Source: Octopus vulgaris (taxonomy: Eukaryota). Taken from it: 64,000 nt of DNA. The position numbers and the translations under genes are program-made. Numbering within the stretch: the stretch's first letter is position 1; the number at the start of each line of letters is the position of its first letter. Where the stretch lies: positions 32,364,001 to 32,428,000 of the forward strand of contig OX597821.1 of the NCBI GenBank assembly GCA_951406725.2. Reading direction: 5' to 3'. The notes under the pieces are model-generated. The model was given only the letters and a program-made list of their open reading frames with translations. It did not search any database and was not told the origin of the DNA. Positions 11,380-23,312 of the stretch are shown piece by piece.

Positions 11380-12040
11380 ATAAGGGTTGTGCACATAGTG
11401 GTCATCCCTTTCATATGTATATAATACAATTTACGGAAACTTCCGATTTTAATATGCTATATCACTGGTGTTAAATTGACGTTAATTAAATCAATATCCA
11501 ATTTCTCACCCTCATTTTAAATTTAAATTTAAATTAATCCTTTCTCTAACTGGCAAAAGCCACTGCAGTAAAATATTTTCTGAAGTATTATTTTCCGGTA
11601 ATTTAGCGCGCCAAAACGCGGACTTTTGAAAAATAACCGCAGGTGTTATAGGTAGAACTATTATACATGTCCGATTTCGTGCGGACGTCCTCGTGTATAG
11701 TTTTTCAAATTATATTTGTATGGGCGATCACACTGAAGATCTACGGACAAAATGCGCAAGTAAAATTACGTAATCTGTTAATAGTGAAACATGTATGTGA
11801 ACAGTCTATATTTTTGTTACTTTTCATTTGTCTTGCTCGCTTACGTTCTGGTGTTTGCTGAATTTTTCTTGAGAACATTCCTTAGGGGTAAGCCCATCGC
11901 GTATCTACTTCTAGCATAAGGGTTGTCCACATAGTGGTCATCCCTCTCATATGTATATAATACAATTTACTGAACCATCAGATTTGAATATGCTTGACCA
12001 CTAGTATTAAATTGACGTTAATTAAATTAATATCAAATTG
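11380..12040 (+). repeat. ~120-bp direct repeat (11380-11500 and 11917-12040), possibly Helitron-associated
   Basis: ATAAGGGTTGT(G/C)CACATAGTGGTCATCCCT...TAAATTGACGTTAATTAAAT occurs twice. Confidence 0.7.
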
Positions 12041-12083
12041 ACGTTAATTAAATTAATATCCAATTAAATTAATATCCAATTAC

Positions 12084-12764
12084 GCACTAAGTTTTAGCGT
12101 TCTAGCTCACTTCCGCTGTTTACAGGAATGCTTGGTAGGAACATATGTAGCGTGTGATCGTCACTTTGACCATGACAGAGAAAGTTATCATGAAGATACC
12201 CGCTCAGATGCCAACGGAAATTTACAGAAACTTTATGGAGAGAAATGTATGAGTCGCACACAAGTGTACGAGTGTTTCAGACGTTTCCAAGATAGCCGAA
12301 AAAACGTCAATATTGACGAATGTTCTGAGAGACTCATAACCAGCAGAACTAAGAAAAACATCACAGATGTGCGTGCATCTGTGAGGAGAAATCGTCAAAT
12401 CACCATCCGTGAGTTATCAGACGATATACAGTTTAGTTACGGTTCAGTTCAGTACTTCATCATTGAAGATTTGGGTATGAGACACATGTCTGCCAAGTTT
12501 CTGCTAAAACTGCTTTCAGCTAACCAAGAAGACACTCGGGTTTCAGTTGCACAGTGTCTCCTTGATTGTATCGAAAACGATGAAACTTTTTGAAAACTGT
12601 CCGTAGGCCTCTGCGCAGATATCGCCAAACTTTTGGAAAAATTTGATGCAGGTTTTCTGCTCAGCTGTCTCTGTTATTGTCAATGCGTCGATCACACGCT
12701 ACAGATCTTCCTTCCAAATACTGCTGTAAACAGCGAAAGGAGCTAGAACGTAAAAACTAAGTGC
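12084..12764 (+). mobile_element. Non-autonomous mariner derivative: N-terminal transposase fragment flanked by long inverted repeats
   Basis: ORF 12132-12593 contains mariner HTH-region sequence (YGEKCMSRTQVYECFRRF, RQITIRELS, EDLGMRHMSAKFLLKLL). 12084-12160 is inverted at 12689-12764. No DDD domain. Confidence 0.85.
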
Positions 12765-12789
12765 ACATGCACATCAGAAATTGAGGCCA

Positions 12790-13621
12790 ATCTGTGCCTC
12801 AGAGGTCTTTTGCAAGATGATGCAAACTGGGATGCCACTCTGACAGAGGCACAAATGAGCAAGTCTCCTATGCAGCTGAGAAAACTCTTCTCCATCATGG
12901 CAACATGATGAGTGAGAATGTCTTCATTCCAAGGATACCTCGTATCTCTAATGACCTTCCTTTTCAGTTCAAGAGATTGCAGTTTCCTGTCAAATTTAGC
13001 TTTTCAATGTCTACTAACAAAGCACAAGATCAATCTCTAAAGGTAGTAGGACTCATTCTCCTTCAACCTTGCTTCTCACATGGTCCGCAGTTTGTTGGAT
13101 GTTCTAGAGTTGAAAATATAAAGAACCTCTACATCATTCTCAGTGATAAACACAGCATATGAAGAAGCACTTACATAAATAGTAGGTCCATGTCATATAC
13201 AGAAGTGTAAAACCATTGAGCGTTAAAGTATTATTATTACACTTTCACTTTTCGACTGACATGCGTAAATGTATAACAGTTTGTATAAAAATGAAATAAC
13301 GTAATATATTCGCTGTGTGTGTGTGTGTGTGTGTGTGTGTACTCTTAGCACGGCCTTTCATTCTTTATTATCTTACCTCTTTTTTGCTTACGAAGTTAGA
13401 CAAGCGTGTATTTACTTTATATACATATACAAGTTCAAAACTGACTTCTCACATTACACTTAACGCCTATGTTCCATGTTGGCATGGATTGCAGAGTTGC
13501 GTAGAAAGATAAGAAAGCTAGTATTTCAGGTACTAGCAGTTGAGACCTGCTTAATCTCGACGGCGTCTTCAAATTTCATAATTTTCTTTAATACCGGGGC
13601 AACGTCGGGTATTTCTGCTAG
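12790..13621 (+). mobile_element. Internally deleted Helitron (RepHel fragments plus 3' terminus)
   Basis: RGLLQDDANWDATLTEA..SPMQLRKLFSIM is fused to a Pif1-like helicase C-terminus (FKRLQFPVKFSFSMSTNKAQDQSL, FSHG...SRV). A 3' hairpin at 13591-13612 is followed by CTAG|T. Confidence 0.8.
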
Positions 13622-13635
13622 TACATATATATATG

Positions 13636-13782
<147 letters not shown>

Positions 13783-13974
13783 ATGTATGTATGTATGTAT
13801 AAATACACGACAGGTTTCCTACAACAGTATCAACAGTAGTGTTATTTACGAAGACAATAACGAGAATACACATATACTAATTATATAGATCATTCTTTCC
13901 CTGCAAAGCTAAAGCGGAAGCAGTTAAATAATATCACAAAGATATCATTCGACACAAGGTCATTGTGCGCCCAG

Positions 13975-15300
13975 AGGAGGAATTTCCACCAAAAAGAGAA
14001 CGGTAATTTATAAGTGCATTAGTCGCAGAGAAAGCCGGTATACCTTTCCCCAGCCGAAAAAGAAAAATGCCTGGAGGTGTGGCCTTCCATAGTTTTTCTG
14101 TCGAGGAAAACAATATGGGACCGTGGTAGTTATCTGTAGCAACGAATCAGAAGCGTGTAGGATGGCTACAGAGACCTGCTCTTTTGATCAATATGTGATG
14201 CTCCCTTTAAACTGAGATATCGTGTAATCAAAATCAGAGTATGTGGATGGTCGTGGAGGGTAGAAAACTCAGGTATTATATCTGTAGCAAAGCCTGCCAC
14301 TTAAAAGCTTTCTGACCCACTGTGGAGAAGTCGAAAGAGGTGCCTCACGGTGCTCCAATACTCTCAATGCCAAATCCGTTGCAATCCCAAAGAAGAAAGC
14401 AACGGCAACCACAAAGTCAAACACTGGAACAGAGAGGCACTACGGCTATAACAATTCCTACCTACTCCTTGGATATAGAAAGGGCCCCAGATGAGGCAAA
14501 ACCACCAGTGTGGGTAATCGTCGTGCGGCACTCAGAAAGGAAAAGGGAGAGAGAAAATACAGGCGTAAGCCCTAAATCTCAAAAGTTTGTGGACATGAAT
14601 CTGAGTTGCTTCGCGGCAGTCAATCTCCAAAACACTGCAATCAGTCTCAAAACCAAAGCTGCAAGCCAACAGCCTCAGTAGCAACAATAGCAGCGGCAGT
14701 TGAAGCTCTAACAATAACAAGAGATAGATCAACTGCATCAAAGATTGAAACAGCATTTTCAGCAACAGCGAAAGATTCAACAAGCGAAGCCGAAACAGAA
14801 AGAGCCAAAACGACAAAAATCACATCAACGGGCGAAGGTCTTCTTGCTCTCACCATTGCCAAAACCCAAGCAGCGAAATTTCTGATTAGAACAATTCCCA
14901 CTATGTATCGTTTTCTGAGGAAACGTTTCTCACATGATGTGGGAATTTTCAAAGGCCTTTTGGATAAAGGGATATTAGAAGGCCCCGAAAAAGTATCAAC
15001 CCAAACCAACGGTAAATGATTGACTTTTCTTTTGCTTTTTTCTCTCCTTCTGGAATGGCAATTCTAAGAATAGGTTGTATAAATGTCACAATGCTTGTAA
15101 CAGGTCGTATAATGGTCACAATGTCTGGACGCAGTAGACATTAGTGAAACTAGGATTTCTGAAACGCAATCGCTTGCTCTTCGGGGCGACAAAGAGATTT
15201 AACCTTCCACTGGTCGGCCGTGATCATATGGCGTTGCGGTGCTTTCTCAGAATTTGAAGGTGGATACGGTTTTCCTCGCCCGGTTCGTAGGATGATGGTC
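13975..15300 (+). mobile_element. Decayed Tx1/L1-clade LINE 5' part (ORF1 with zinc-knuckle relic, start of ORF2 endonuclease)
   Basis: VVEGRKLRYYICSKACHLKAF*P (CCHC knuckle relic, ~14250-14320), low-complexity ORF1 tail (ORFs 14322 and 14606), then MAILRIGCINV and DISETR (AP-endonuclease start, ~15055-15160). Confidence 0.7.
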
Positions 15301-15329
15301 TTGGACATAAGCAACAAAGAAGGCAACTT

Positions 15330-15986
15330 TGGTGCAAATTATTTGCACCAAAGTCATAGATTTTGCTTTGAAGCGCTGTTCGTTGAACAAGCCACCACTA
15401 GGTCTATACTCAAACTTTGCTGTTTCTTTAACACCCGCGAACTTTGTTTCCAACATGGCAGAGAAATACAGGGCAAATAAGAGAGGCGCTAGAACACATT
15501 ATAGTGTATTGTTTCATTTAAAACTGTGAATGAATTGGACACTTTCCCGCTAGATATGACAGAAGCCATCATCCCTTGATGTAAATGAATTATGCTACTG
15601 TATAAATCTCTCTGAGAAATTTAGAAGTGTAATATTTCTATCTTCTAATACGTGAATGTATTTCACTCGAAAACTATGTTTTCAAAGGTGAATAGGCATC
15701 AACAGCTAGCTAGTCATGCTACGCCAGACTGGTGATGAACAATGACACTGAAATTAATCTCTGGATGCTGGCTTTGCTGGGTGGAGGTGCTTATCTCCCC
15801 TTTGAAAACATAAGGACACAGAAAATGCGTCATGGCCAACCGGAAACGGTGTTTCCTAGGCTTAAATAACAGTAGCATTCTTTCCTTTTCATTGGACTGC
15901 CACATTAAGTTGGCAACATACCATCACTTTATCGTGCTGTTACTGTATCAATCTCTCTGAAAGATTTAGAAATGTAATATTTCTAT

Positions 15987-15990
<4 letters not shown>
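15330..15990 (-). mobile_element. Decayed RTE/BovB-like LINE RT fragment
   Basis: Minus strand: HQGMMASVISSGKVSNSFTV, CVLAPLLFALYFSAML and YRPSGGLFNEQRFKAKS (cf. YRxDGxLFNLRRLxAKT). A ~50-bp internal duplication lies at 15593 and 15934. Confidence 0.75.
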
Positions 15991-16048
<58 letters not shown>

Positions 16049-17851
16049 GTGTGTATGTATGTATATATATATATTTGTTGCGCAAGATTTATATATATAT
16101 ATATATATAAGCAAATCATGTTAAAAGCACCTAAACACACAAACAGATCCCGACTCACCCCACAATCACACAAACGTACACTCACCAACATATATGTGTG
16201 TGTGACTGTGCTTGTTTCCGTGAGTGTGTGTGCGTGTGCGTGCGAGAGCGTGTGATTCTACATACGTGTGTAGGTACACAGAAACATAGATGGAGAGAGA
16301 GAAAGACTTGGGCAAATGGACAAACATAGTAGAGACAGAGAAAGAGAGAGATTAACAGTAATTTTATATCACCAAACGTGCAGTGTTCTAATAATATTAG
16401 CTGTCAAATAATATCTTTATACATATTTTTTTTCTATTTATCACATTATATATCGCATTTTCTAGTATTTGTTTTATAATATTTTTTGTCACAAACCAAC
16501 TAAACATTTTCCCCAGTATTTCATCCTTTATATTAATGAAACATATGACTTTATATTTAATGAATTCTTCTCTTGGTGCATCCCCCAACCCACATCAGAT
16601 CATATTAATTTGAATTTATTTTTACATTTACCTTATCCTTTTTTCCGTATTTTTTCTCTGTTTTTATCAATGTTTTGTGCATATGCGTTAGCGTGTATAT
16701 ATGTGTATATGCGTGTGTTCGATTGTTATCTTTTAGAGAAAGTGTTTTCTTTACAAGTTACGTTAGTAATTTTTTTTTAAAGTTTTCTTTTGTTTCTGTA
16801 ATTGTCATTATTGGCGTTGTTATTCGTTTTTTGTGGTTGTGTGTTTTTGTATTTAATATTTCTTGTTTAAAATTTTCTTTTCTTCTTGTTCTTATCAACG
16901 ATCTTTAAAGTTTTCTGTTCTGGTTTATGATATGAAAGAAAAAATCAGCAAGAACTACCACCACCTTTATTAGTCTTAACACTTTCATCTTCCTATATTT
17001 CAACACACTATAACCAAAGAAAAAAAAACGTGAAATCAACAGATATTTCATAATTAATTGGTGTGTACGGTTCAAAAGAACGATGTTATATAAAAAAAAA
17101 TGATGAACATATATAAAATACTTCAATCTTTTAGTTTTTCGTTTGTCATTTTTTTAACTTTATTTTACGATTCGTTTCTTAACAAACTAATATATTACTC
17201 CGTTCGCTTTGTTGCTTCTCGAGTTTGTAGTTTCTTTGATTATTTTCTATTTCCTTGTAGTTCTAGTTATCGAAGCTGTCATTTTGGTTTGGTAAAGGTG
17301 AAGGTGGGTATCTATGGGACTTCTACTCCTCGCTGTTTTGCTTATATATTAATGACGATACTAGTTTTAGCCGTTTACTATTTTTTTTCATTCTGTTTTC
17401 TTCTAAGTTTGTAATTAGATGCCATACTCATAATATATATGTTCTTGTTTTGTTTTGCTGGTTCCCTCAAAAGTACAATAACAAACATGGGTGTGAATGA
17501 GAGTGTGCATGTATATGCATCAAGCCGAATTTATGCATATATATGTGTGTATACATGTGTGTGTGTGTATATAAAATATACAATACTATTTAACTTTATA
17601 TTTTTAGACGTATGCTATTATTATAGCCATATATAACACTACATTTCTGGCGTCATAAGTACGTAAATCTATGCATTGCTCTATTTCTACAGATCTGTAT
17701 TATTTTATAGAAAAAAAAAAACAAATTTGCCAGATTTATAGATGACTCATAAAGCTGAAGCAGAGGCCAAATGCTTGGAAAAAATAGTCAGATTCAAACG
17801 AAACTCGACAACGTTCGAACTCCAATGGGAAATGTGCTTCGTCTTTTATTT

Positions 17852-17859
17852 ATTAATTA

Positions 17860-17923
<64 letters not shown>

Positions 17924-18024
17924 CAATATTATTATTATTATTGTTGTTGTTGTTGTTATTATTATTGTTGCTGTTGTTGTTGCTGTTGTTATTATTATTA
18001 TTATCATTATTATTATTATTATTA

Positions 18025-18064
<40 letters not shown>

Positions 18065-18115
18065 CATTATTATTATTGTTATTATTATCATTATTATCAT
18101 TATTATTATTATTAT
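17852..18115. repeat. (ATT)n/(GTT)n compound microsatellite
   Basis: Visible trinucleotide arrays; source of the poly-I/Y/L/N ORFs. Confidence 0.95.
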
Positions 18116-18373
18116 TTTGCCTCAACTCTACGGCACATGAATTCAGGCATAATATTCAGTGTAGACGTAATGAACATGGAGAATATGTGGTTTATTTAGG
18201 ATTTGAATGTTTAATAATTTTATGCAAATTTGCTAAACATAATATGCCCCCACAATATTTCTTGGCGCTATTAGTACGTATGATCCATTATAGTATTCGG
18301 TCTACTACACAAAAATTTCAGCTTGAGTTTACTGCATTGATTAATTTTAAAAACGGTCCGAAAATAAAATATG

Positions 18374-18797
18374 GGATATTTTCGGTTTGAACGGCTGTTT
18401 TTCTAGCGGTGTCATATGAAATTGTCACCCATAATTATGACCCTAGTATCGAGCTATTGCATTTCAATCTGTTTTAGGGTTAGGGTTAGTTAGGGTTAGG
18501 GGTGGGGGGAAGGGTATCTTTTTTCTTCACAAATGTAAATAAACCCAACCTGTTTCTTAAACGAGGGACATATTCATACGGCACATAATGTTTTTTACCT
18601 CAATGGACGTAATTGATTGGTTGAAATTGCAGAAATTGAAGAAAAAACCAACAAATATCTTACAAACTATAGAATTTTCTCAATAAAGCCAAGAAAAAAA
18701 GATGTTTTATAAACACATTCTACCAGTATACGAAGTTTAAAAATTTTTAGTTACCTAGAAATTATGTTAAAAACTACCGTTCAAACCGAAAAGGTCC
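18374..18797. mobile_element. MITE with GG-starting ~28-bp TIRs, 8-bp TSD and internal TTAGGG repeats (copy 1)
   Basis: TIR GGAT(A/C)TTTTCGGTTTGAACGG / CCGTTCAAACCGAAAAGGTCC; TSD AAAATATG / AAAATACG. Confidence 0.9.
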
Positions 18798-19059
18798 AAA
18801 ATACGTACTCCTTCATTCGAGGCAATCATTTGAAGCCTGTAGCAATGCGATTTTAATACGTTAATCTTGGCGGTACGTTTTACTGAAACATCTATTGCGC
18901 AAGCTTACGACTACTTATAGAAAACTGACTGTACTTTTATGCTTACGTCTCTCTAGGTCTATAGAATTCAGAGTCAGAACTGAAAATATGACGTTCTCGT
19001 AAGCGAATACATCAATTTAAACAATGTGATCAAAGACAAAGGAAATAACTAATACGTGC

Positions 19060-19100
19060 ATAAATAAATTTCAAGAGATTCTGCTCCTTCATCAGGATCA
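19060..19100 (-). ncRNA. Degenerate hammerhead-like motif
   Basis: Minus strand reads CTGATGA-AGGAG-CAGAAT-CTCTT-GAAA; stems I and III are poor. Confidence 0.3.
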
Positions 19101-19874
19101 CTATTGGCTTCTAAATATGTAATATAATTGTTTGTATGTTAAGGTTTCAAAGTGAAAAACTGTGACATTGCCAGCAATTAAAAACTACATATCAGTAAGT
19201 AACATATTTCATATACGTTCTTCATTGAGATTTATGTGCAACTACATAACTAAATAATAGGTATTAATGCCTAACGCACGATTAGCCTTATAAGCAAAGA
19301 GACAAGCGCTTGTCAAATAGTTGTAGAGATAAAGTTCGTAATTCTTCTAAAGTATTTTCACTCAGGCACACTGCACAATCACGCATATTATATATTGTTC
19401 ACGTTTAGTAAATATGTAACAAGTGTTCTAACATCTTCTGATTGAGGTCACTGGATTACCTTGCTTTCATTTTTTAATTACAACTGTAAGTAGGTTGTTG
19501 AATAATTCGGGAATTCATCCAAAAATGAATATAATATGCATTAAAGTTAAACAGATTTTGCAATTTCGGCAACTTTCGAACACAATGCAGACCTAATGAA
19601 AGATAAATTTCTATAAAGGAGAATATCTGTTGGATAATCTTATTTCATTTTACAAAAGCTTCCATCTGAAATCCCATCCTTAATTTGAGGAAAGGTATTC
19701 GTTATGAGACACCACAGAGAATATTATCTGCATACAGTGAATGTACTGTGACGTATCTACGAGAAAGCAACTCTAATCCAAGACAGACCATCTGAAAACT
19801 TACGACACATTTTCCCACAATTTAAAAGAATGTGTTTATGAAATGCACAAACTTCACATTAAGTGTTACAGGAA

Positions 19875-20290
19875 CGCACGCACACATGCACGCACCACAA
19901 GCACACAATGCACACACAGGCAAACAACACGCAAGCTCGCACAACACGCAATGCACGCAATATACACACGAATATGTGCATGCAATGCACGCAATGCACA
20001 CATGCACACAACACGCAAGCTCGCACAACACGCAATGCACGCAATATGCACACGAATATGTGCATGCAATGCACGCAATGCACACATGCACACAACACGC
20101 AAGCTCGCACAACACGCAATGAACGTAATATGCACACGAATATGTGCATGCAATGCACGCAATGCACGCAATGCACACATGCACACAACACGCAAGCTCG
20201 CGCAACACGCAATGCACGCACACATGCACACAACACGCAAGCTCGCGCAACACGCAATGCACGCACACATGCACACAACACGCAAGCTCG
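19875..20290. repeat. Minisatellite with 84/84/93/45/45-bp periods built on a GCAATGCAC-like 9-mer
   Basis: GCAAGCTCG recurs at 19931, 20015, 20099, 20192, 20237 and 20282. Confidence 0.9.
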
Positions 20291-20595
20291 AATGTGTACG
20301 CACACAAAAGCACAAAGACACAGGGGCTCAAGGTATATATATATATATTGAAGGATAGCTAGATATATGAATATATACATACACACACACACACTCGCAC
20401 ACACTCATGTACACCTGTATCCTGAACGTGTCGCTTGTTTTGCATTGGTACGTTACGTTCCAGTCATCATTTACTATGTATATACATAGACTGTGTATTC
20501 ACATATGTATGCATATACACGTGTATACACGTATATATAAATATGCATGTACGTATGTAATATCTATATACATGTTACCTATATCAACTATATCT

Positions 20596-20628
<33 letters not shown>

Positions 20629-20640
20629 TCTCGCATACGC

Positions 20641-20820
20641 CATGATAGATCGCTAGCCATTACACATTCATTATTTTCTCTCCTTGTTTTTTCTGTTTTC
20701 GTTTCAGTGGAAGAGCGTAGGCTCAAAACGTTAAAGACTTTTTCACTCTCGGAGCGTTATACTAATACATCTCTTTGTTGTCTACACCACCTTTCTTCGT
20801 TTTTTTTTTGTGTGCTCCCC
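20641..20820 (+). mobile_element. ~180-bp dispersed repeat with a hammerhead-like hairpin (Penelope pLTR-like), copy 1
   Basis: Matches the reverse complement of 31845-32034; contains GAAGAGC-GTAG-GCTC-(G/A)AAAC; flanked by dinucleotide repeats. Confidence 0.65.
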
Positions 20821-20847
20821 TATATAAATATATATATATATATATAC

Positions 20848-21060
20848 ATTATGGCTGCCCCCTCGTTATCGAGTATGGCCATTGCACGAAGCTTAACTGT
20901 TACTGGTGCTGCGATCGAATGTGACTTTTTAGCCAAGCTAAAGATCTACAATGTCTCGTACAAAATTGGCAACTAAGACCTTTACTGGTAATAACGTGGA
21001 AAGAAGTTCAAAGTCTTCCACTGCCTTGGAAATACCCATCTCTTTGGGAAAACAAGATAA
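20848..21060 (-). mobile_element. RTE-clade LINE 3' end
   Basis: Minus strand encodes CQFCTRHCRSLAWLKSHIRSQHQ* (RTE C-terminal C2H2-like motif), followed by a short 3' UTR ending CTCGATAACGAGGGGGCAGCCATAAT. Confidence 0.7.
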
Positions 21061-21063
21061 GTA

Positions 21064-21132
<69 letters not shown>

Positions 21133-21499
21133 GGCAGTTTGTCTGTGCGTGTTTCTGTGTGTCTGTTTGCTTGTACCCTCACCCTGACCACGGCTTTCAA
21201 CCGATTCTGATGAAACTTGACACACACATAGCCCAATGTCATAATTCAAAACTAACGCAGCGAAAATTTTGAAAAGTTCACCCAGTTCTGAAATAAATCG
21301 ATAAATTCGACATGGGGTCGAGAATCAGAAACACGAACCACAAACTGTCTAGGGGACGCAACTCCAACTTTTTTAAATCTCAAAAAAAATTTACCATCAT
21401 TTTTTTTCCATTTTTTGCTATTTTTTTGCTATAACCCTCTAAAAATGCTTTATAGTTATTTCCCTTACAAACCTGAGCAACGCCGGGCGATACTGCTAG
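21064..21499 (+). mobile_element. Non-autonomous Helitron
   Basis: A|TC start into (TA)n, GTCTGT-like repeats, and a 3' hairpin CCTGAGCAACGCCGGG followed by CTAG|T. Same terminus style as 13591-13621. Confidence 0.75.
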
Positions 21500-21842
21500 T
21501 ATATATATATAAATTCCTTGGATATTGGAACAGTACCTTTAATGATTCTACAAAAAGAAAATAACTGTGTCTCCTTGTCGTAAATATGTGTTACCATGTG
21601 TAGCAATCACGATCAAAAACACGACATTCTACTTCGTAAAGATATATGTAAGTACATCCCGAATTCTAGAAAAATCATACACACAGGTTTTTCTAGAAAA
21701 CCCCTACACACAGTTTTATATATCAGCACGCACCGCACACAAATATATACACAAAGCGAATTTAAATCATACTTTCTTCTTCACCAACCATTGTATCCTT
21801 ACATCTTCTGATTGTACATATAACTGTATTTTTTGTATGCCA

Positions 21843-22035
21843 GGTCACTTTCGAGTGCTACTGGTAACATGTAACCCAGAACAACCTGTTGCATGGTCGG
21901 GTCGTCGGCGACTAAACCGGTAACCCCACCAAGCTTGCTTGGTGAGGAGGGTGTTTATTGGACACCCTGCGGGATGAAAAACAAAACCCGTCAAAGAGCG
22001 GAGAAACTCTTGAGAGTCAACGGCCATCCAATAAA
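21843..22035 (+). other. GC-rich, hairpin-dense element resembling an RTE LINE 5' leader
   Basis: Six visible stem-loops in ~190 nt, with a GAGGAGGG motif and A-rich linker as seen in RTE 5' UTRs. The RTE assignment is from recall. Confidence 0.45.
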
Positions 22036-22537
22036 TGTGTTTCTTTTTTTTTTTTTTTTGTTTTTTTTGTGTTTTTTTCTTCTTAAGGCTTAAGGTTGTA
22101 TCATGCGCGGGGACATAGAAATAATCGGACTGAATATATATACATACATACATACATACATGGAATGCAACCAATCCCTGTGCAGTACTGTTGACTACTT
22201 TACAGTTTGACAACTTTCCCACTAAAAATATGTGCCGAAATTCACCTTCGAATACTGTAAAAAAATCCCCACGTAATAGCTGAAAGATGATACATATACA
22301 AAAAGAGTTAACAAACACTGCAGAACACACACACACATACACACGCACACATACACACACATACACACACATACGCACACACATATTTATTTGTTAACCA
22401 GTATATTTTTTATAAACACTCACATACATATATGCATATATATATATATATATACGTCGCAACATTGCGTATTTATAAGAGGATTATAAATTATATATAT
22501 ATACATATACATATATATATATATGTATGTATGTATG

Positions 22538-22576
<39 letters not shown>

Positions 22577-22963
22577 ATATCGATAGGTACTTTGAGAGGA
22601 GGACAACACAACGCCCCAAATTATCTGATACGAATGCTAATATCTATAATCGAGCATCCCAAAGTTGTACTAAGAGAAGGAGAAAGATTTTCCAACGTAG
22701 ATACGAGTATAAAGTAAAAGAAAAATTATCTAAAAGTCCAGTCTTGAAGTTGTGTTTTCACAGAGATTGTAATTTCATGTAAAAGGCATATACGCCTGCG
22801 GATATACTCCTCCTCTTTCTTCCTATCAAAAAAAATATATAACTTACACACACATACAAACACACACTCCACCACACATACATACACACTCATATATGTG
22901 TATATATGCATATATATACATATATCACTGCATTGTATACATTCGCATACATGCAGATGTATG

Positions 22964-23035
<72 letters not shown>

Positions 23036-23276
23036 CACGTATATATATATATTATATATATATACACACATATTATATTATATATACAGATTTACTTTTG
23101 TGTACACATATGTTATATATGTATGTGTGTGCGTCTGTGTGTGTATTTATGTATTTTATTGTGAAGATGCGTATATATGTGTGCATACGTGTCCATTATA
23201 TATGCATATATACATATATATATGTGTGTGTATGTATATGCGTCTATGTATGCATGTAATATATATATATAGATAT

Positions 23277-23312
<36 letters not shown>

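Noticed and set aside
14322-15019. Longer plus-strand ORFs as host genes
   Set aside because: They lie between a zinc-knuckle relic and an endonuclease start, so are better explained as broken LINE ORF1.
19822-20404. Metallothionein-like Cys-rich ORFs, or a CRISPR-like array
   Set aside because: Pure tandem minisatellite with no unique spacers, in a eukaryotic context; Cys richness follows from TG-rich repeats.
21200-21225. CTGATGAAAC inside the Helitron
   Set aside because: The boxes overlap with no stem between them; part of the Helitron body.
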